From the NCBI GenBank assembly GCA_043228905.1, contig JBHGNT010000002.1, positions 11,222,001-11,286,000 on the forward strand: a stretch of 64,000 nucleotides of DNA, read 5' to 3'. Under the pieces are notes generated by a model. It was not told the DNA's origin. It ran no database searches and saw nothing but the letters and a program-made list of their open reading frames with translations. The stretch comes from Azolla caroliniana (Eukaryota > Plantae > Polypodiophyta). Within the stretch, counting starts at the first letter, position 1, and every line of letters starts with the position of its first letter. Shown in pieces: positions 11,702-22,979 of the stretch. The position numbers were made by a program, and so were the translations under genes.

Positions 11702-14700
11702 TTAAAGACGACGAGTGGAACGAGTCAGCGCTACTTGCGGACCGGGTTTGTCCGGATACTTTCGGTGGAAATCAGCAAGAAGATCTTGTGCATTGGCAAC
11801 ATTCTCGACGGGTTCCCAAGTACGTTCGCTCGGACTATAACCGAGCCAATCGACCAAGTAATAGAGTTTGTTGCGAACAAGTTTGGAATCGAGGATGGCA
11901 GCAACTTCATACTCCGGGCCGGCGTCCAACTCCAGTGGGGGCGGCGGTGGTGTCACACGATCGGGAATGGTGTTTGCTTTATAAGGTTCAAGAAGAGAAC
12001 AATGGAAAACCGGATGTATCTGAAGCTGCGGAGGGAGATCAAGGCGGAAGGTGACATCATTAATCTTCCCCGTAATACGGAAAGGACCGAGTCGTCGATA
12101 ATCCAACTTGTCGCACGGTCGAGTAGTCTTGATGTGACGACGTAAGAGCCATACTCGATCTCCGATGGCAAAAGAGGAGGGAATCCGATGACGATCCGCA
12201 TAAGTCTTCTGTGTGTGTTGAGCATGACGAAGGTGAGTAGAGAGATCCATCTGGATCTTGCGTAGCCTCTCCAAATGATCCTCGGCACGAGGGTTGGTAG
12301 GTAGCTCCGGAGTGTCGATCACCGACCAGCGAGGATGGAAACCGGTATAAGCGAAAAATGGGGAGGCCCGAGTCGAGGAGTGAATAGCATTATTATACGC
12401 AAACTCCGCAAAGTGGAGAATCTCGGCCCAATCGTCCTGTTGATAACTCAGGAAGCACCGGAGATATTGCTCCAGCGTTTGGTTTGTTCGTTCCGCCTGT
12501 CCGTCGGTTTGAGGATGGTAGCCGGAGGAGAGGTTGCAGGAGACCTTGAGCATCTTGAAGAGATGCTGCCAAAATTTGGAGACAAATTGCGGGCCTCGGT
12601 CACTGATAATACTGTCTGGGAGGCCATGATGCCGAAAAACCTCACGCATAACAAGAGCGGCGGTTTCCTCGCTAGTGATAGCTTTAGTACATGGCACAAA
12701 ATGTGCCATCTTCGTATATCGATCGACGACGGTTAGGATAGCATCGAACCCTTTCGAGACCGGCAGATCTGTGATAAAATCAAGACAAATAGACTGCCAT
12801 GGCTTACTTGGAATTGGTAAAGGTTCCAACAAGCCATATGGATGGTGTCGTGGCATCTTTGCTCGGCAGCAAGCATCACAGGTCCGAACGTAGTCGTCGA
12901 CAAAACGGCGCATGTGGGGCCACCAAAAAGATCGCTGCACTAGCTCCAACGTCTTAGTACTACCGAAATGTCCCGCCGTATGGGTGTCGTGACAATGTTG
13001 GACAATTTGAAGGCGACAGGAGCAATCGGGGACATATACGTGCTTTTTAAAGAATAACAAACCATCATGATATTCGAATTGTCGGTAGTCAATACCTGGT
13101 TGTTGAGACTGAGAACAGGATGCCCGAGAAGTATCAATGTGCGCCAGGATGTCTTGAGCAAAACTATCCGTCTTCAAGGTTGCACGTATGTCATCGGTAA
13201 TCCGTGAATCCATCGGGGTGTGAAAAATCCGCGTCGTGTGCAATCGTGTTGGTCCCAAGATTACTTGCTTTTGATTATCAAATGTTGCTTCACCAGGACG
13301 AGGTGCAAGATATGAACGTCGTGATAGTGCATCTGCTTTTCCTTGCTGCTTCCCCGGTCGATATGTGATTTTAAAGTCGAAACGCGTGAGGAATTGCGCC
13401 CACCGAGCTTGCCGTCGATTTAGTACGCGAGCGTTCTGAAAATAAGCAAGATTTTTATGATCGCTGAAGACAATGACCTGATGTGGAGAGCCCTCTAAGA
13501 AATGCCGCCATTGTACAAATGAATCCACGATGGCTAATAACTCCTTGTCATGTATTTCGTAGTTGATTTCTGCGACATCGAATTTGCGCGAATGGAAAGC
13601 CACCGGATGCAACTCTTCTTTATCACCTTGTTGAGAAAGGATGCTACCGAGGGCGAAATCTGATGCGTCGGCCTCTATGATGAATGGTTTGCTTGTATCC
13701 ACATGAGCTAGAATCGGTGCTGATGTAAAGGCTTTCTTAAGATGCCGAAAAGCCATATCTGCTTCAATGGACCAAAGAAATGCTTGGCCCTTCTTCGTAA
13801 GTTGTGTGAGAGGTAAAATAATCTTCGAGTAATCCTGTATAAACTTACGGTAGAAGTTAGCAAAACCTAGAAAACATTGTACATCTCGTACCGACCGTGG
13901 AATTTGCCACTCTAGTACAGTTTGGATCTTAGCTGGATCCATGGCGATGCCCTTTGAGGAGATGACGTAGCCTAGAAATTCCACTTGCTTGCAGTCAAAG
14001 CTACATTTTTCTAGCTTGGCATAAAGACCATTCTCGCGGAGTCGCTTTAGTACTAATAGTACATGAGAGTCGTGCTCTTCCTGGGTCTTCGAATAAATCA
14101 ACAGATCATCCAGATAAATGATCAAACAGATATCCAAGAGGTCTCTGAATATATCATTTGCCATGTGTTGGAAGACTGCGGGTGCATTGGTTAGGCCAAA
14201 CGGCATAACAGTATACTCAAAATGCCCATACCGCGTGCGAAAAGCGGTCTTCCACTCATCTCCCGGTCGGATCCGCACGAGATTATACGCTCCGCGTAGG
14301 TCGATTTTAGTAAAAAACTTGGCACCATTAACTCGCTCTAAAAGACTTGATATAAGAGGAAGTGCATACCTATTCCGGATGGTGACTTTATTTAATCCGC
14401 GGTAATCAACGACAAGACGAAGTGAGCCATCTTTCTTCTTGACAAAGAAGATGGGTGCACCGGCCGGAGATTTCGAATGACGGATGAACCCGCTTGCCAA
14501 GTTCTCCTCTATGTAGGCTCGAAGGACTTCTAACTCGGTGGGTGACAGGTTGTAAATTGGTCCCCATGGTGGCTCGGTTCCTGGTTGTAAATCGATGGGA
14601 CAGTCATAGGGACGGTGATGAGGAAGGGTACCGGCTTTTACCTTGTCAAATACATCGGCATAAGGATGATATTTTGCCGGAAGTTGTACTGAGGAGTCCT

Positions 14701-15283
14701 TCTTAATAGTGCTGGAAGGATGTACTGATATGGAAAATAGGAACATTTCCTCCTTGGGTCCTTCTTCGCGTAGTTGATGGAGTGAAATGGTCGAAACTCG
14801 GCGAGTTGATTCTTGGGGTGGTCGATATCGGACTTCTCTTGTTCTCCAATCTATGGCTGGATTATGTAACTCAAGCCAAGGTAATCCTAGGACAATGGGA
14901 TGCTCTGGACTACTAATTATATTAAATGATATTATACACACAAAACTACCTAGGACAACTTGAATGGGTTCTGATTCTTCTACAATATTCCCGGAAGCAA
15001 TGGGACGACCATCAATGACCACTACAGATGCGGGACAAGGAAGTTTTCTTAAGGATATCTGAGAAGCTTGGGCAAAATTTCGATCCATGAAACAGGAATT
15101 AGCTCCGGAATCTAAAAGTGCTAGGACGGGTACTGGGGGAGTACTTTTAGTACTAACAATGACTTGGGCTAGGAACACATTGCTAACTTGCTTGGAAGGA
15201 ATGGAACCACTAATGGGCTGTACAGATCTAGGGCTGCTGTCCAACCAAATGGCTCCTATTTTGGCTGGACTCAATCGTTTAAC
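11702..15283 (-). CDS. pol: Chromovirus Pol (PR-RT-RNase H-IN-chromodomain), -1 frame relative to gag
   Basis: 1190-aa open frame: LLDSGA, YLDDLL, EADASDFALG, H-H-C-C zinc motif, ISDRGPQF, GPF, and chromodomain EYEVAAILDSKLVRNKLYYLVDWLGYSPSERTWEP. Confidence 0.96.
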   Translation of the reverse strand, partial: VKRLSPAKIGAIWLDSSPRSVQPISGSIPSKQVSNVFLAQVIVSTKSTPPVPVLALLDSGANSCFMDRNFAQASQISLRKLPCPASVVVIDGRPIASGNIVEESEPIQVVLGSFVCIISFNIISSPEHPIVLGLPWLELHNPAIDWRTREVRYRPPQESTRRVSTISLHQLREEGPKEEMFLFSISVHPSSTIKKDSSVQLPAKYHPYADVFDKVKAGTLPHHRPYDCPIDLQPGTEPPWGPIYNLSPTELEVLRAYIEENLASGFIRHSKSPAGAPIFFVKKKDGSLRLVVDYRGLNKVTIRNRYALPLISSLLERVNGAKFFTKIDLRGAYNLVRIRPGDEWKTAFRTRYGHFEYTVMPFGLTNAPAVFQHMANDIFRDLLDICLIIYLDDLLIYSKTQEEHDSHVLLVLKRLRENGLYAKLEKCSFDCKQVEFLGYVISSKGIAMDPAKIQTVLEWQIPRSVRDVQCFLGFANFYRKFIQDYSKIILPLTQLTKKGQAFLWSIEADMAFRHLKKAFTSAPILAHVDTSKPFIIEADASDFALGSILSQQGDKEELHPVAFHSRKFDVAEINYEIHDKELLAIVDSFVQWRHFLEGSPHQVIVFSDHKNLAYFQNARVLNRRQARWAQFLTRFDFKITYRPGKQQGKADALSRRSYLAPRPGEATFDNQKQVILGPTRLHTTRIFHTPMDSRITDDIRATLKTDSFAQDILAHIDTSRASCSQSQQPGIDYRQFEYHDGLLFFKKHVYVPDCSCRLQIVQHCHDTHTAGHFGSTKTLELVQRSFWWPHMRRFVDDYVRTCDACCRAKMPRHHPYGLLEPLPIPSKPWQSICLDFITDLPVSKGFDAILTVVDRYTKMAHFVPCTKAITSEETAALVMREVFRHHGLPDSIISDRGPQFVSKFWQHLFKMLKVSCNLSSGYHPQTDGQAERTNQTLEQYLRCFLSYQQDDWAEILHFAEFAYNNAIHSSTRASPFFAYTGFHPRWSVIDTPELPTNPRAEDHLERLRKIQMDLSTHLRHAQHTQKTYADRHRIPSSFAIGDRVWLLRRHIKTTRPCDKLDYRRLGPFRITGKINDVTFRLDLPPQLQIHPVFHCSLLEPYKANTIPDRVTPPPPPLELDAGPEYEVAAILDSKLVRNKLYYLVDWLGYSPSERTWEPVENVANAQDLLADFHRKYPDKPGPQVALTRSTRRL
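15203..15283 (-). promoter_or_regulatory. Putative -1 ribosomal frameshift signal (G UUA AAC + H-type pseudoknot)
   Basis: Slippery heptamer 15283-15277, 6-nt spacer, stem 1 GUCCAGCCAAA/UUUGGUUGGAC, loop GGAGCCAU pairing with GUGGUUCC (15210-15203). Confidence 0.7.
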
Positions 15284-16428
15284 TCTTCATCTAATTGACT
15301 AAGGATTTCAAATTTATTTGAGATACTTGGGCTATTAGTACTATGAATACTATCTGACACTCTATTAGTACTATTACTACTATCAGACACTCCGAAGGGA
15401 AGAATTGACTCAGGTTTAGTACAGGCGACAATTTGATTTACCTGTCTTCTTGGCCTATGGGGACAATTGATGGCGATATGTCCTGGTCCACCGCAATAAA
15501 GGCATAATCGATTGGCACGTCGTCGTTGCTTTTCTTCTTCCGATAACGGGCCGCGTCGACGCATGGTATCGATCTCCATCGGTGTCGAAGTATTTGCTTG
15601 AGGTATGTCTCGTGCAAACGGTTTAGCCGCGACTGCGGCGTAAGTGGGCTCTGGCCTAGAGCGTGGTATCTGTAATTGACGTTCTGAACGCCGTTCAAAA
15701 AGGCGGTTGTCACATCGAACTGCTCGACTGATTGCCTCCGTAAGAGACTTTGGTTCTTCGGGGAAAGTTAGAAGTAGATCTTTGACATCGTTTCGCAAGC
15801 CATAGCGAAACTGCTCCATTAGTGCTTGATCATCCCAGGGTATATCTGAAGCAAGTAGGCGGAAATCCGCCGCGTAGGCAGAGGCTGGACGATCGCCTTG
15901 ACGCAATCGCCGGATCTTGTTGATCGCCGTCCTGATGCTGTCGGTGTCTCCAAAGCAGGCTTTAAACTCACCAATAAAATCTTCAAAGTTATTAAGCAGG
16001 GGCGATTGTTTTTCTAGAAGCGGAGCGAACCATGCCAAGGCTGAGCCGCTAAGTAGCGTGCCTATTAGGCCGACTCGAGATGCATCAGTGGGATATCGGG
16101 AAGGATGCATCTGGATGACTAAGCGTACCTGATTAAGGAATCCCCGAAATTGCGAACGCGTTCCATCAAATTTCACAGGAAGTCCAATCTTGGGCTCTTT
16201 ATGAAATCCTTGGGGACTGGATCCTTGTTGTTGCAACGCTGCTTCGAGTTGTTGTACCCGTAACGCTAACTCCCCATGTTGTTGTTGCGTTTGTTGTTTT
16301 TCTAGAGCGATTTGTTGCAGATCCCCTATCAGCCGTTGGTTTTCTTGTTCCAAGGCAACAAACTTTTCTTTTAGGCACTGTAGCTCGGAGAAAACGGATT
16401 GGTATTCTTGGGCGCTAACAGTAGCCAT
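15271..16428 (-). CDS. gag: Chromovirus Gag (coiled coil, capsid, CCHC knuckle)
   Basis: 385 aa: PVKFDGTRSQFRGFL, LLSGSALAWF, LRQG..SAYAADFR, PMEID, CLYCGGPGHIAINC. Confidence 0.95.
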   Translation of the reverse strand: MATVSAQEYQSVFSELQCLKEKFVALEQENQRLIGDLQQIALEKQQTQQQHGELALRVQQLEAALQQQGSSPQGFHKEPKIGLPVKFDGTRSQFRGFLNQVRLVIQMHPSRYPTDASRVGLIGTLLSGSALAWFAPLLEKQSPLLNNFEDFIGEFKACFGDTDSIRTAINKIRRLRQGDRPASAYAADFRLLASDIPWDDQALMEQFRYGLRNDVKDLLLTFPEEPKSLTEAISRAVRCDNRLFERRSERQLQIPRSRPEPTYAAVAAKPFARDIPQANTSTPMEIDTMRRRGPLSEEEKQRRRANRLCLYCGGPGHIAINCPHRPRRQVNQIVACTKPESILPFGVSDSSNSTNRVSDSIHSTNSPSISNKFEILSQLDEELND

Positions 16429-16484
16429 AGTATAGGGGAAAGGGTAGGAGGATGAGGGAGAGTGACAAGTAGGCTAGAGGGTTA

Positions 16485-16496
16485 AAATTGGTTCAA
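16485..16496 (-). promoter_or_regulatory. Self-priming PBS complementary to the predicted transcript 5' end
   Basis: TTGAACCAATTT just inside the 5' LTR is the exact complement of AAATTGGTTCAA (16710-16699), which starts 33 nt from the start of TATAAAAG (16743-16736). No TGG tRNA-type PBS is present. Confidence 0.75.
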
Positions 16497-16498
16497 AC

Positions 16499-16927
16499 TG
16501 TCAGGAATAGTACTAAAACAGAGATGGAATTAGTACTAAGAAGAGTAGTACTATTAGTACTAAGAGGACGGGACTGCGTAAGATTCCCGAGAGAGAGGAA
16601 GTGAGAAGAGGAGAGAGAGAGAGAGATAGGATGATGACAGCAGCTCTTATATTATATGAAAGATAAGTACAAATCGACTAAGAGGCTTAAGACTGGTGTT
16701 GAACCAATTTGGTTCAACATAATGCTTAGTGCCTTCTTTTATAGTGTTCTCAGGAATAATCCTGAAGCTTCTAGAATGTTCCAGAGAAATCTGGAATATA
16801 CATTACTTTCTTATAATAAAACATAAATGAAAATAATATTCTATGAATTACAATAGATGGTGAGATGGTTAAGAGCCCGACCCATATACCATAAGGTCAT
16901 GGGTTCGAGTCTTGCCATCTCATGACA
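16499..16927 (-). repeat. Chromovirus 5' LTR
   Basis: Direct repeat of 11262-11690. Confidence 0.97.
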
Positions 16928-17399
16928 GGTTCCGGATGAAACCCGGAAACCAGATCGAGTGAATCCCGATGGATTCGGTGCAAACCGGATCCAAGAACGT
17001 ATGTGTAAATATGTTTTCATAGTGAGCCCATTGAGGCTATATTTGTAAATAGTCCTAAAGTTATATAAGTATATATATGACTTAGGGAAATCACTTTATG
17101 TGTGATGTATTATGAGAGTTGTTGATAGACTGTGTACACAGTGAGTGAGAGAGAGACACACACACACAGAATGATTTCTTTTCTAACTGCCGGTTGGCAA
17201 AGACATAGAGCTCGAGGTCGTTGCCTCTAAGTCTCACATTGTATTCCTCCCCTCAGAGTGATAGTTGGAGTCCGTGGGCTCCCATGGTTTTTCCCATTTA
17301 GGGTTTCCACATAAACATCCAGTGTCATCTCTATGTTAGTTTGTTTTCTTCCAGTCGCTATTTAAGACTCGGTTCGGGCCGAGCGCAATTTTCCGCACA

Positions 17400-20300
17400 G
17401 GATTGTGAATTCGAATTCCTGGCGTAGCAGCATCCATCTAGCTAAATTCCTTGTTAATGCATGTTTCTCGACTAAGTAGAGTAGTGCCACGTGGTCCACA
17501 TGAAACCTGAATTTTCGCCCGAATAAGTAATATCGGAATTTATTTATGTAGTATATCCTTCCCAGGGCTTCACGCTCTGTCGTTGAATAGTTCCGCTCCG
17601 CATCATATAATTTGCGGTTGAAGTAGTATACCGGCGAGTACCAACTAGGCTCGGTAAGTTGCATTAGTGTGTTGCTGATTGCAATGTTGGCGACATCCAT
17701 GAATACGTGGAATGATTTGGACCAGTCTGAGGGTTGTACGACAGGTGCTTGGGTCAACATGATTTTTAGTGCCTCGCACGCCTTGTATTCTGTTGTCGTC
17801 CATTTCAATGGAGTACGGTGTACTGTAGCGTGTAGGGAGGTTGCGAAATCCGCCAAATATCGTAACATATGGATTTGCCAACGTATTTGCCCGAGGAAGC
17901 GACTAAGACCTTTTGTGTTGCTGGGAGTTTTTGTTTCCACGATAGCCTTAATTTTGTTGGGATCTCCGCGATCCCCCCCTTTCTCATGATGTGACCCAGC
18001 AGAGCTCCATTAGTGACCCCAAATGCGCATTTAGCAGTGTTAAGGCTGAGGCACGAGGTACGACATCATTCCAAACATACCTGTAGATGGCCCAAATGTT
18101 CTCTGCGCCTCCCATACACAGCGTACTCATCAAGGAAGACTTGCATAAAGGTAGGGATAAAATCGTCAAAAATCTCCATAATAGTGTGTTAGAACCTGGT
18201 GGGGGCTGTCTTCAAGCCAAACGTCATAACTACAGCTCCGAATACTCCCCATTCAGTGACGAACACAGTCTTCTCCTGATCCTTTGGGTGCATTCATACT
18301 TGATTATATCCGCTAAAGCCGTCCAAAAAACTATACATGTAATGGTCTGCGACTGCGTCTAATACACTATTTGTAAATGGTAAGGGGAATGTGTTCGTAA
18401 TTGTGATGACGTTTAATTTATGGTAATCGATACTTATGCGTATTTTCCCATTTTTCTTTGGCACCACCACTATTGGACTTAACCATGTTTCCTGTTTAAC
18501 TGGTTCGATGAACCTTGCTTTCAAGAGCTTATTAATTTCTTCTTTTATGCGAGCCGCGTAATTTGGGTTCATACGGTAGCGTCTCTGCTGAACGAGTTTC
18601 TCATCTGTGGCCAAATTAATTTTGTGTTGCTAGAATTTTGGGTCAAGCCCTTCCATGTCTACATGCGACCATGTGAAGACATCTTTAAATTCTCGGAGTA
18701 GCTTTGTCATGACCGTTTTCTCACGCGGCATCAGGTGCTTAGCAATTGACATTAGACGTGGGACTTCCTCAGTTCCGACATTAATCTCCTCCAAAGCCGA
18801 CACGGTAACCCTTCCTGAGATTTCCATCTCTTTCTCGAATGCTTCTCGTGCTCTGCATTACTCCAACATGGACTCGGGATCTGGTTCGTGCTCCACGTCT
18901 TGTCGCATACTTGTCAGGGCGTACTCACTAGCGGCCTCGAGAACATTGGTTTCGAATAGTGGTATTATCCGCGAATTTTCGTCGAGGTACGCTTTGAGCT
19001 TTGTATCCTCCATTCCTTCCAATATATTAATTTCTTTTCCGTACAATGGTGTTGTAGCTTTGGTCGGTGTGGATGTTTCCCACGTAGGTATGCGGACCTT
19101 GCTTCACCCTCGTCGGAAGCTAATGCAATTATGCTACCAATTCTGCTTGATATTAGCAGACCGTAACCATGGTCGGCCTAACAAAATTGGGTACACGCCT
19201 AGGGTGTCTAGAGCGAGCACGACCACAGAGATCTCAAAGTGATGGCCGCCAATTACAATTCCTAGTTTCCAAATTAACCGTAACGGTTTGACAGAGCGGG
19301 TGTCTGCCATTCGGAGCTAGAACGGGCATACTTCCTAGTCTGTAATGCCTAGCCGATTACAAGTGGTTTTACTAATCACAATTACACCAGTTCCACCATC
19401 GACGATGCATCCTGCTATTTCTTGGCCCTATAGTACCACTTTGATGGCTGGGTTATGGTGATCTACCACTACTGGACTGGAATTGGACTTTCTGTAATTA
19501 GTCGAGATTTCTAGTCCGGCGGTGCCCCATATGCGATTCTCTACCACCTGTCGGAACCCTGGCACTAGAAGTAATAGCTTTTCCATGGTTAGCATGATTT
19601 CACATTCCGCCAATGTTTGCCATATTGAGTTTGAAGATAATGTCTTATCTTCGATCTGTGTGGTGGCGCTCGCTGATTCTTGCCTAATCCACTTTGCGTT
19701 TGCCTCGTTTGCTTTCTCTACCCAAGCCTGGGCCACTTTGCGTATGTCATCTTGTTTTGCCCATTCTGTGTTTTTCTCCTGATTGCGAGTTGTGACCTGT
19801 TGGACATCTGTCGTGATGGTGTTCATGCCTGGTTCCTTGCCTTTAGTGCATTGTGGACATTGTGTCATGTAGTGGCGTGGCTATTGGCATATGAAGCAAT
19901 GTACACTAGACTAGCCTTTCTCCAATACTAGAGATGCGGTGGTGTCTACAGGTGCGGATTGCTCTTCTAGTGTTTGTTGAAATTGTTTGTGATTACGGGG
20001 TTTCTAGTGATATTCTCAACGAGGCTCTTGGCGCAATCCATCCTCGGAACTTTCCTCGTAACGACGTTGATCTTGTGCCTTGTGTCGGGGTCTAGCCTGT
20101 CCACCGCAATTGTTGGTAGGACGTCAATTATCATATCAATGTCTCCCCCTCCACTTGTAACAGTCATTGCTCTGATGCTCTTCTTCTTCCTGCTCTCCTT
20201 CATCGGACCCAGGATCGTTGTTGTGGCGGTGATGGTACGGTCTTTCCACACGCTCGTTACATTCCGTATTACGGTAACGCTCTTCCGAACGCCCTTAATC

Positions 20301-20719
20301 ATTTCAGCAACATTATCGTTGTGGTTCCATACGATGAACTGTCGGCGTGGCCCTGTTCAACATATTATATTCGCACTGGTCCACTATATGCCCCCGTGAA
20401 TGGCAAATTGGGCACTGTGTCCGCATTTTACAATCCACCACGGAATGCCTTGAGTTCAAGCAAATTGTGCATTGAATGGCTTGGCGGAACCAATATTCCT
20501 CATCCTGGGGCAACGCCTGCCGAAGTGATGCTATGGACAATCCTTCATCCTCGTCTTCTAGTTTGAGCTTCAACGCCCGCTCGATAACCATGTTCGTCAT
20601 CTCGTCCTTCACATTCTACGTAGTCAGGGTAGTCCTGAGGGGTCGTCGTAACGTTGCCAAAAATGTGTCCTTACCCTCATCCTGAGGTATCAAGGTGATT
20701 GTGGTGCAAGGTAGGAATT
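17400..20719 (-). pseudogene. Gypsy A gag-PR-RT-RNase H (degenerate)
   Basis: CTICLNSRH..C/CPICHSRGH..C knuckles, [44 protein letters not shown]. Homologous to 33479-36442. Confidence 0.9.
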
Positions 20720-20811
20720 TGCGTATTGTGTGGAACGTAGTGACTTACAGCGTGTTTACTAAAGGCGTTAAACTGGAGACAATTACAACCGAGCTCCTAA
20801 TGTGCATAACC

Positions 20812-21794
20812 ACTCGCTCGAGAATTGGAGACGGTTACGGCCGACTCTTTCGACCACTCGCTCAACCGCTTGCTGTGCCGACTCTCGTCTCTTTGTTGCT
20901 CGTCCAAACTCCCTCACCGCTTCGACAAAAAGTTGCGAGAAGTCATCTTCTTCCAACTCCATTCTCCCTTGCCGCCCTTCACGTCGAGTTCACCAAATAT
21001 GTCGCGTTATTACGTGCGTGCGTGTAGAAGGGGCGGGACCACGGGGGTCTCGGACTAGAGAAGAAGGGAAGTCGAGAAGACGATTCTGGATGCTTCCCAA
21101 AGGCAACCGAACGATAGAGAGAGAGAGAGAGACAAAGGAGAGGGAGAGTGTGCGCACGACACCGACTCCTTTGCACAGGAAGCAAAGGGTTGTGCTTCCG
21201 ACACCACCAAGTACACCGATATGCACAAACAGACGCAAATGTGTATATTACAAGGGAAATAATACAAATCCAGCTTTGAGCCGGACCAAGGTAGGCTACA
21301 GTCGTAGTCAGTTGCGAACCCGCCAGTCGGGGAGCTCATGGGTTGTCACACTGAGCGGGGTCTTGCACAGAAGCGAGCAGAAGCAAACCTCCAAAGGGGG
21401 GGGGAGATACAACTAAGGCCCGAGCCTGCTATGCACAGAAGAAGAGAAACTAACCTAACAGCTTACCGTCATAGCTACTACTCCACTCCTCGAGAAGGAG
21501 CAGAAAAGAAACGAAGAAAAGAAAGAATGTAGCTAACCCTAGAAAGAAACACAAAACGTTATACCCTTACAACTCAAAATGGGCAACCCTTCTACAAGGG
21601 ACCATCCCTTCCTTTTATAGAACAAGGAGAGGGATTCGTTACAATGTGGGATAAATCCCGATTTACATGGGCTTCTTCGTCCCAACTTAACTCCAGTTAT
21701 TCACACATTTATACAAGGGTGAGTGCACATGATGCACACTGCTGATTCTCCCGATATTCTCTGATTCCACCTAGGGACAGTTTTCTCCACGACA
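20812..21794 (-). mobile_element. LTR + 5' leader/gag start fragment of the family at 39320
   Basis: Begins TGTCGTG on the minus strand at 21794. Shares ATCCCACATTGTAA..CTATAAAAGGAAGG..GGGTTGCCCATTTTGAG and the downstream leader with 39320-40035. Confidence 0.75.
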
Positions 21795-22776
21795 ACGTCA
21801 ATTATCATATCAACGTCTCCCCCTCCGCTTGCAGCGGTCATTGCTCTGATGCTCTTCTTCTTCCTGCTCTCCTTCGTCGGACTCAGGATCATTGTTGCGG
21901 CAATGATGGTACCGCCTTTCCACACGCTCGTTACATTCCATATTACGATAACGCTCTTCCGAATGCCCTTAATCATTTCGGCGACATTGTCGTTGTGGTT
22001 CCATATAACGAACTGTCAACGTGGCCCTATTCAACATATTATATTCGCACTGGTCCACTATATGCCCCCGTGAATGGCAAATTGGGCACTGTGTCCACAT
22101 TTTACAATCCGCCGCGGAGTGCCTTAAGTTCAAGCAGATTGTGCATTGAATGGCTTGGCGGAACCAATATTCCTCGTCCTAGGGCAACACCTGCCGAAGT
22201 GATGCTATGGACAATCCTTCATCCTTGTCTTCTAGTTTGAGCTCCAACGCCCGCTCGATAACCATGTTCGTCATCTCTTCCTTCACATTCTACGTAGTCA
22301 GGGTAGTCTTGAGGGGTCGTTGTAACGCTGCCAAAAATGTGTCCTTACCCTCATCTTGAGATATCAAGGTGATCGTGGTGCAAGGTAGGAATTTGCGTAA
22401 CGTGTGGAACGTAGTGACTTACAACGTGTTTACTAATTGCGTTAAACTAGAGACGGTTACAACTGAGCTCCTAATGTGCATAACCACGCAACATGTATTG
22501 ACCTTACACGCTTACACTTATCCAGTCACACAGAGAAAACAAAGAAGAGACAAGAGATAGGAGACAGAACTCAGAGAAAACAGAGTCTATATTAAACGAC
22601 TATGCTCAAAATTGCACTAGCTCTTTACAATGCTCAAATGCCCTTCATATACATCGGGCCTAGTCGGTTACGCTTCCCGCGTGAACTGTTACACACATTA
22701 CTTCAACACTTATATTATAATTAATATGATTCTTTATCATGCGTTATTTACGTTTGTCGTCTTACGGAGGACAGCA
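21795..22776 (-). mobile_element. Second copy of Gypsy A gag segment plus a complete LTR (22394-22776)
   Basis: 21795-22485 is a diverged direct copy of 20121-20811. The LTR is collinear with 2278-2660. Confidence 0.8.
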
Positions 22777-22979
22777 GAAGGATGCACCTAATCCTTTCTT
22801 TCGCGAACTTGCGAAGTTTTTACTAGAACTGGGGTGCGTGTAGAACAATGCGTACGGGACGCATAAACATAAAGCAACCATCATCATCACGACGTTTGAG
22901 GGACATGCCATAGATTGGGGAGTCATAACAAGGCCGGCTCTTCACGAAGGTCTTCACACGTTCCAAGTCGGGAGGAAAC

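Larger units (their letters stand above)
11262..16927 (-). mobile_element. Intact Ty3/gypsy chromovirus (Tcn1/Tf1-sushi-like), TSD GGTTC
   Basis: 429-bp LTRs at 11262-11690 and 16499-16927 (TG...CA), with one mismatch seen by eye. GGTTC at 11257-11261 and 16928-16932. PPT AAGGGGGAGATAG next to the 3' LTR. gag and pol are open. Confidence 0.97.
6680..17399 (+). mobile_element. Ty1/copia element 1 (degenerate; 5' LTR truncated; 3' LTR interrupted by a chromovirus)
   Basis: 5' LTR ~6680-7177 followed by a degenerate Met-PBS (TGGTAATAGAGCC). PPT ends at 11166. 3' LTR is 11167-11261 + 16928-17399. Confidence 0.9.
2278..20719 (-). mobile_element. Non-chromoviral Ty3/gypsy element A (Athila/Tat/Phygy-like), 5'-truncated, interrupted by a copia at 6680-17399
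   Basis: On the minus strand, in order: gag zinc knuckles (20313-20612), protease (IVDG), RT ([17 protein letters not shown]...FLDGFSGYNQV), RNase H (17362-17940), integrase (5975-6561), accessory ORF, LTR 2278-2660. Confidence 0.85.

Noticed and set aside
21335-21590. Self-priming in the TGTCGTG-family LTR (GGGTTG versus CAACCC)
   Set aside because: Only about 6 bp of complementarity, and the LTR end is uncertain.
2273-22781. LTRs 2278-2660 and 22394-22776 as the two ends of one intact element
   Set aside because: The flanks CACGA and GAAGG do not form a TSD, and the right LTR abuts mid-gag with no PBS.
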